Assembly (NCBI GenBank): GCA_964524845.1
Contig: CAZGFX010000003.1
Location: 31,051-95,050, forward strand
Source: an uncultured Gammaproteobacteria bacterium
Lineage (GTDB): Bacteria; Patescibacteriota; Patescibacteriia; CAZGFX01
DNA length: 64,000 nt
Direction: 5' to 3'
This document shows positions 60,807 to 64,000 of this stretch, piece by piece. The stretch's first letter is position 1; every line of letters starts with the position of its first letter. Under the pieces are notes generated by a model, which did not search any database, was not told the DNA's origin, and was given only the letters and a program-made list of their open reading frames with translations. The position numbers and the translations under genes are program-made.

Positions 60807-61925
60807 ATGAAAATTGCTATGAATAAAAAGAGTAAAAAGACAAAAAAATTAAACGTCGCTACGGTTTTTAGTGGTATCGGTGCTTTTGAACATGCGCTAG
60901 AAAGAATGAAAATTGAACATGAAATAATATTTGCTTGTGATAATGATGAACAATGTAAAAAAACATATTTTGCAAATTATAAGATACTGGAAGACAATTG
61001 GTATAATGATATTTTTTCTTTAAATGGTAAGAAATATAAAAATTGCGTAGACATTTTAATAGGAGGAAGTCCATGCCAATCATTTTCTATGGTTGGCAAA
61101 AGAAAAGGGCTAAAAGATGACAGGGGTAATTTAATATTTGAATATATTAAATTAATCAAAGACGTTGAACCAAATGTTTTTATTTTTGAAAATGTAAAAG
61201 GTTTATTAAATCATGAGCAAGGGAAAACATGGACATTTATTGAAAAATCATTTAAAAAGTTGGGGTATGTTGTTAAACATCAAGTTCTAAATGCAAAAAA
61301 TTATGGCATACCGCAAAACAGAGAAAGAGTATTTCTAGTTGGATTTAAAAACAAAAAAGTAAATTTTGAATTTCCAAATCCAGTTAAACTTGAAATTACA
61401 ATGCAGGATTTATTAGAAGATAATCTAGATTCTAAATATTATTTAGGGAATAAGGGCATAAGTTTTGTCACGAAACAAAAAAACCTAGATAAAAGATATA
61501 CACAAATTAATGGCAATATTGCGCTTTGCCAAAAAGCTAATCAACAATTTAATTGGCATGGGGATTTTATTCTAGAAAAAGCAAAAAAGGACGTTGAAAA
61601 TAAATACTATTTATCGGAGAAAGTTAAAGATTATGTTTTAAAAACCGGTACAAAAAATTTTTATTCAAAACCAAAAACAGATTTACCAGTAGCAAGACCA
61701 TTGTTACAAAGTATGCATAAGATGCATAGAGCTGGAGTTGACAATTACATAACCAAGGGTGAAAAAATAAGAAAGCTTACACCAAGAGAGTGTCACAGAT
61801 TAATGGGTTTTTCAGATAATTTTAAAATAGTTGTTAGCGACACGCAGGCTTATAGACAGGCTGGCAATAGTATCGTTGTCCCAGTTATTATTGAGGTATT
61901 AAAAAAAATATTATTACATTTATAA
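60807..61925 (+). CDS. DNA (cytosine-5)-methyltransferase
   Basis: Motif I FSGIGAF, motif IV GGSPCQSFS, motif VI ENVKGL, motif VIII QVLNAKNYGIPQNRERVF, motif X QAGNSIVVPV. Confidence 0.9.
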   Translation: MKIAMNKKSKKTKKLNVATVFSGIGAFEHALERMKIEHEIIFACDNDEQCKKTYFANYKILEDNWYNDIFSLNGKKYKNCVDILIGGSPCQSFSMVGKRKGLKDDRGNLIFEYIKLIKDVEPNVFIFENVKGLLNHEQGKTWTFIEKSFKKLGYVVKHQVLNAKNYGIPQNRERVFLVGFKNKKVNFEFPNPVKLEITMQDLLEDNLDSKYYLGNKGISFVTKQKNLDKRYTQINGNIALCQKANQQFNWHGDFILEKAKKDVENKYYLSEKVKDYVLKTGTKNFYSKPKTDLPVARPLLQSMHKMHRAGVDNYITKGEKIRKLTPRECHRLMGFSDNFKIVVSDTQAYRQAGNSIVVPVIIEVLKKILLHL

Positions 61926-61931
61926 TAATTT

Positions 61932-62903
61932 ATGAAATTACAAATACTAGGTAAAAATTACAAAGTACTTGATGCAAAAGAAAAAATAACAATAGCAGAT
62001 TCTTTTGTTGTAAGACAAAATAAAATAGGAACAGGAAACGGTGAAGCTAAGCTTTATGTTGGCAACGACAATGAAGAAGTGCGAAATTTTTTTGGCAGTA
62101 GCGGTTTTGCAGTCGACTGTTTCTTGTTAAAAAAAGACCTAATAAAATATTTAGAAGAAACTAAAGTTGAATATTTAAATCCAGAGCAACCCTATATCAA
62201 TAAAAGCAGTCTCCCTGAGTTATGGAAAACAAGAAAAGACAAAGTAAATTCATTGCCTGAAATTATAGAATTTACTGTTATAGAGCAAACTCAAATTGCG
62301 GGACCAAGGATATATATAAATTCTTCAGATGAAGCATATTCCTTGATAAGAGAATTATCTTTACCTAATGTAACATATATTTCAGTGATCAAACTTACAA
62401 ATGAAGACAATAAACTGTTTTATTATTTCCGTTTATTCGCAGACTATTTTGGTGAGGTAGAACATCCATTTTTAATTAAAAAAGAAAGTGATGAAATAAA
62501 AGATGCACAACTAGACATTGTTGAAAAAACACAATTATACAAGGCGAGGGTAGGGCAAGGAGAATATCGAAAAAAATTATTAGAACTTTGCCCATTTTGT
62601 CCAATTACTTTGGTTTCTGATGATAGGCTACTTATTGCAAGCCACATTAAACCATGGGCTTCTTCAAATAATTTTGAAAAAACAGATCCAATGAATGGTT
62701 TTATGCTTACTCCAACTTTTGATTTTCTTTTTGATAGAGGTTTTCTTTCTTTCACTGATGATAAAAAAACAATTTTATCGCCATTTCTTTCTAATATGAC
62801 ATATTCAAAAATTGGAATTTCTAATAATAAGTTAATACTTCATCTGAAAACAGAAGGACGTGAGAAGTACCTAGAATATCATAGAAAAAACATTTTTAAA
62901 TAA
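61932..62903 (+). CDS. HNH (His-Me finger) nuclease-domain protein; candidate Type II restriction endonuclease partner
   Basis: RVGQGEYRKKLLELCPFCPIT...LLIASHIKPWASS...NGFMLTPTFDFLFDRG is an HNH core with a CxxC zinc ligand pair. The start lies 7 nt after the MTase stop. Confidence 0.65.
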   Translation: MKLQILGKNYKVLDAKEKITIADSFVVRQNKIGTGNGEAKLYVGNDNEEVRNFFGSSGFAVDCFLLKKDLIKYLEETKVEYLNPEQPYINKSSLPELWKTRKDKVNSLPEIIEFTVIEQTQIAGPRIYINSSDEAYSLIRELSLPNVTYISVIKLTNEDNKLFYYFRLFADYFGEVEHPFLIKKESDEIKDAQLDIVEKTQLYKARVGQGEYRKKLLELCPFCPITLVSDDRLLIASHIKPWASSNNFEKTDPMNGFMLTPTFDFLFDRGFLSFTDDKKTILSPFLSNMTYSKIGISNNKLILHLKTEGREKYLEYHRKNIFK

Positions 62904-62905
62904 GG

Positions 62906-62975
62906 AGTTTTGGGCTTCGGGCATTCACCCCTTTAATTCCCCTCTGTCCTTCGCCCAAAACGAAAAAAGAAATTT
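62906..62975 (+). terminator. Long stem-loop (gttttgggc...gcccaaaac) after the nuclease gene
   Basis: Directly read inverted repeat followed by an A/T-rich stretch. Whether it terminates transcription is uncertain. Confidence 0.35.
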
Positions 62976-63083
62976 TAAAATTTTTAAAACAATTCCGACT
63001 GCTGTCGGAAAAAAGAAAAGGAATACATCAGCTAACACGGCATATCTAGTTACTGCTTTTATACAAAAGCCTCCGCCCATATT

Positions 63084-63725
63084 TTGTTCCGCTACGCTCC
63101 ACAAAACATCAGATATGCCAAAACGTTAGATGAAATTTTATTTTTTATGGATTATAATGATGTCCAAGCACGTCTAAAAAATATTTACTCGTCCATAGAC
63201 GAGCAATATTCTTATGGTCATGAGGCTCTTGGTATGGCTCATTGGGAACAAACTGACAATCAAATTAGCTTTTCCTTTCTTAATCCAAACAATAAACCAA
63301 GGGTTATAAATCAAATAAACAATGTCATTTCAAACCTTGCCAACATAAAAGATTGCCTAAAGAAAAAACTTCAAGACAGAGGCGACGATCCTCAAGCTAT
63401 TGAGTACGAAATTAACGACTCATTGTACTTGCAGTTGGTTCTCGATTTATCTAACCAAGAAAAGCACGGCTACCCGCTTACAAAAACTAGTCGATCTCAA
63501 AAAAACCCACTCATTAAAAACGTTAACCGAGGACTTTCACGCTCGAACAGACTAGACAATATTAGATATGAACAAAGCGACGGTTCTGTAATAGTTAATA
63601 TGATGATCATTATAACCGCAGACGTAACAGACTCTCAGGACAATCTTTTGTGTCGGCTTGATGAATTAGTAGAAAACGCTCTTAAGTTTTGGGAGAATAC
63701 TATAAAAAAATATAACATCGACTAA
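63084..63725 (+). CDS. Hypothetical protein (AT-rich islet)
   Basis: 213-aa ORF. A start at the internal Met MDYND is also possible. Confidence 0.45.
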   Translation: MFRYAPQNIRYAKTLDEILFFMDYNDVQARLKNIYSSIDEQYSYGHEALGMAHWEQTDNQISFSFLNPNNKPRVINQINNVISNLANIKDCLKKKLQDRGDDPQAIEYEINDSLYLQLVLDLSNQEKHGYPLTKTSRSQKNPLIKNVNRGLSRSNRLDNIRYEQSDGSVIVNMMIIITADVTDSQDNLLCRLDELVENALKFWENTIKKYNID

Positions 63726-63773
63726 CAAGGAATATCCGATTCGCGACCTAAATTAAATTATTTAAAATATTCT

Positions 63774-63989
63774 ATGAAAAAAACATTTATTACAATAGTA
63801 ATTATACTGATATTAATTATAATTTATCAATCACTACAAATTATTCGTTTAGAAAACTATCATTATGCTGTTCAAGTTGGTTTGTGTTCAGACATGGACG
63901 ATTTCATTAAAAAGGATGATTGTTTAAATAATACAAAAACCAGAACAAACCCTATCTATAATTTGCTGTATGGGCTTAAGATATTTTAA
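63774..63989 (+). CDS. Small hypothetical membrane protein
   Basis: 71 aa with one N-terminal TM helix. It lies at the window edge. Confidence 0.4.
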   Translation: MKKTFITIVIILILIIIYQSLQIIRLENYHYAVQVGLCSDMDDFIKKDDCLNNTKTRTNPIYNLLYGLKIF

Positions 63990-64000
63990 AAATAATTCAA

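Overview
This is a low-GC bacterial chromosomal segment from a small-genome lineage (standard genetic code, SD-like RBSs) with many hypothetical and secreted proteins. One surface protein (32076..34469) carries a T9SS-type C-terminal sorting domain. Most of the window is housekeeping backbone: nth, an M3 peptidase, recA, ftsK, trmD, rpsP, ddl, smc, rnc, a nusB-Nudix fusion, rpmF, infB-rbfA-nrnA, two clpP paralogues, a CCA-adding enzyme, Hsp20 and HIT. There are 8 tRNAs (Cys, Gly, Val, Ala, Ile, Phe, Glu, Leu). The rRNA genes are unlinked: 16S plus tRNA-Ile sit at 23.9-26.1 kb and 23S plus 5S at 15.6-18.9 kb, each with its own promoter and terminator, separated by about 5 kb of protein genes on both strands. 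The window contains no transposase, integrase, cas gene or CRISPR array. The main unexplained structure is a set of short palindromic, MITE/REP-like intergenic repeat families, concentrated near tRNA and rRNA genes and at operon boundaries; one 1.3-kb stretch (40.5-41.8 kb) is entirely non-coding repeats. The right end (59.9-64 kb) is a visibly AT-richer islet immediately after tRNA-Leu, carrying a tightly coupled C5-cytosine methyltransferase plus HNH-nuclease gene pair (a candidate Type II R-M system) with flanking unknown genes, and it runs off the window edge. Other oddities: three tandem genes for tiny Lys/Ala-rich basic proteins; a NusB-Nudix fusion; ribosomal protein S16 with a long tail that is also duplicated as a stand-alone small ORF; a catalytically degenerate DHH/DHHA1 paralogue beside a canonical NrnA; and a 16S 3' tail reading UAUCC where CCUCC is expected.
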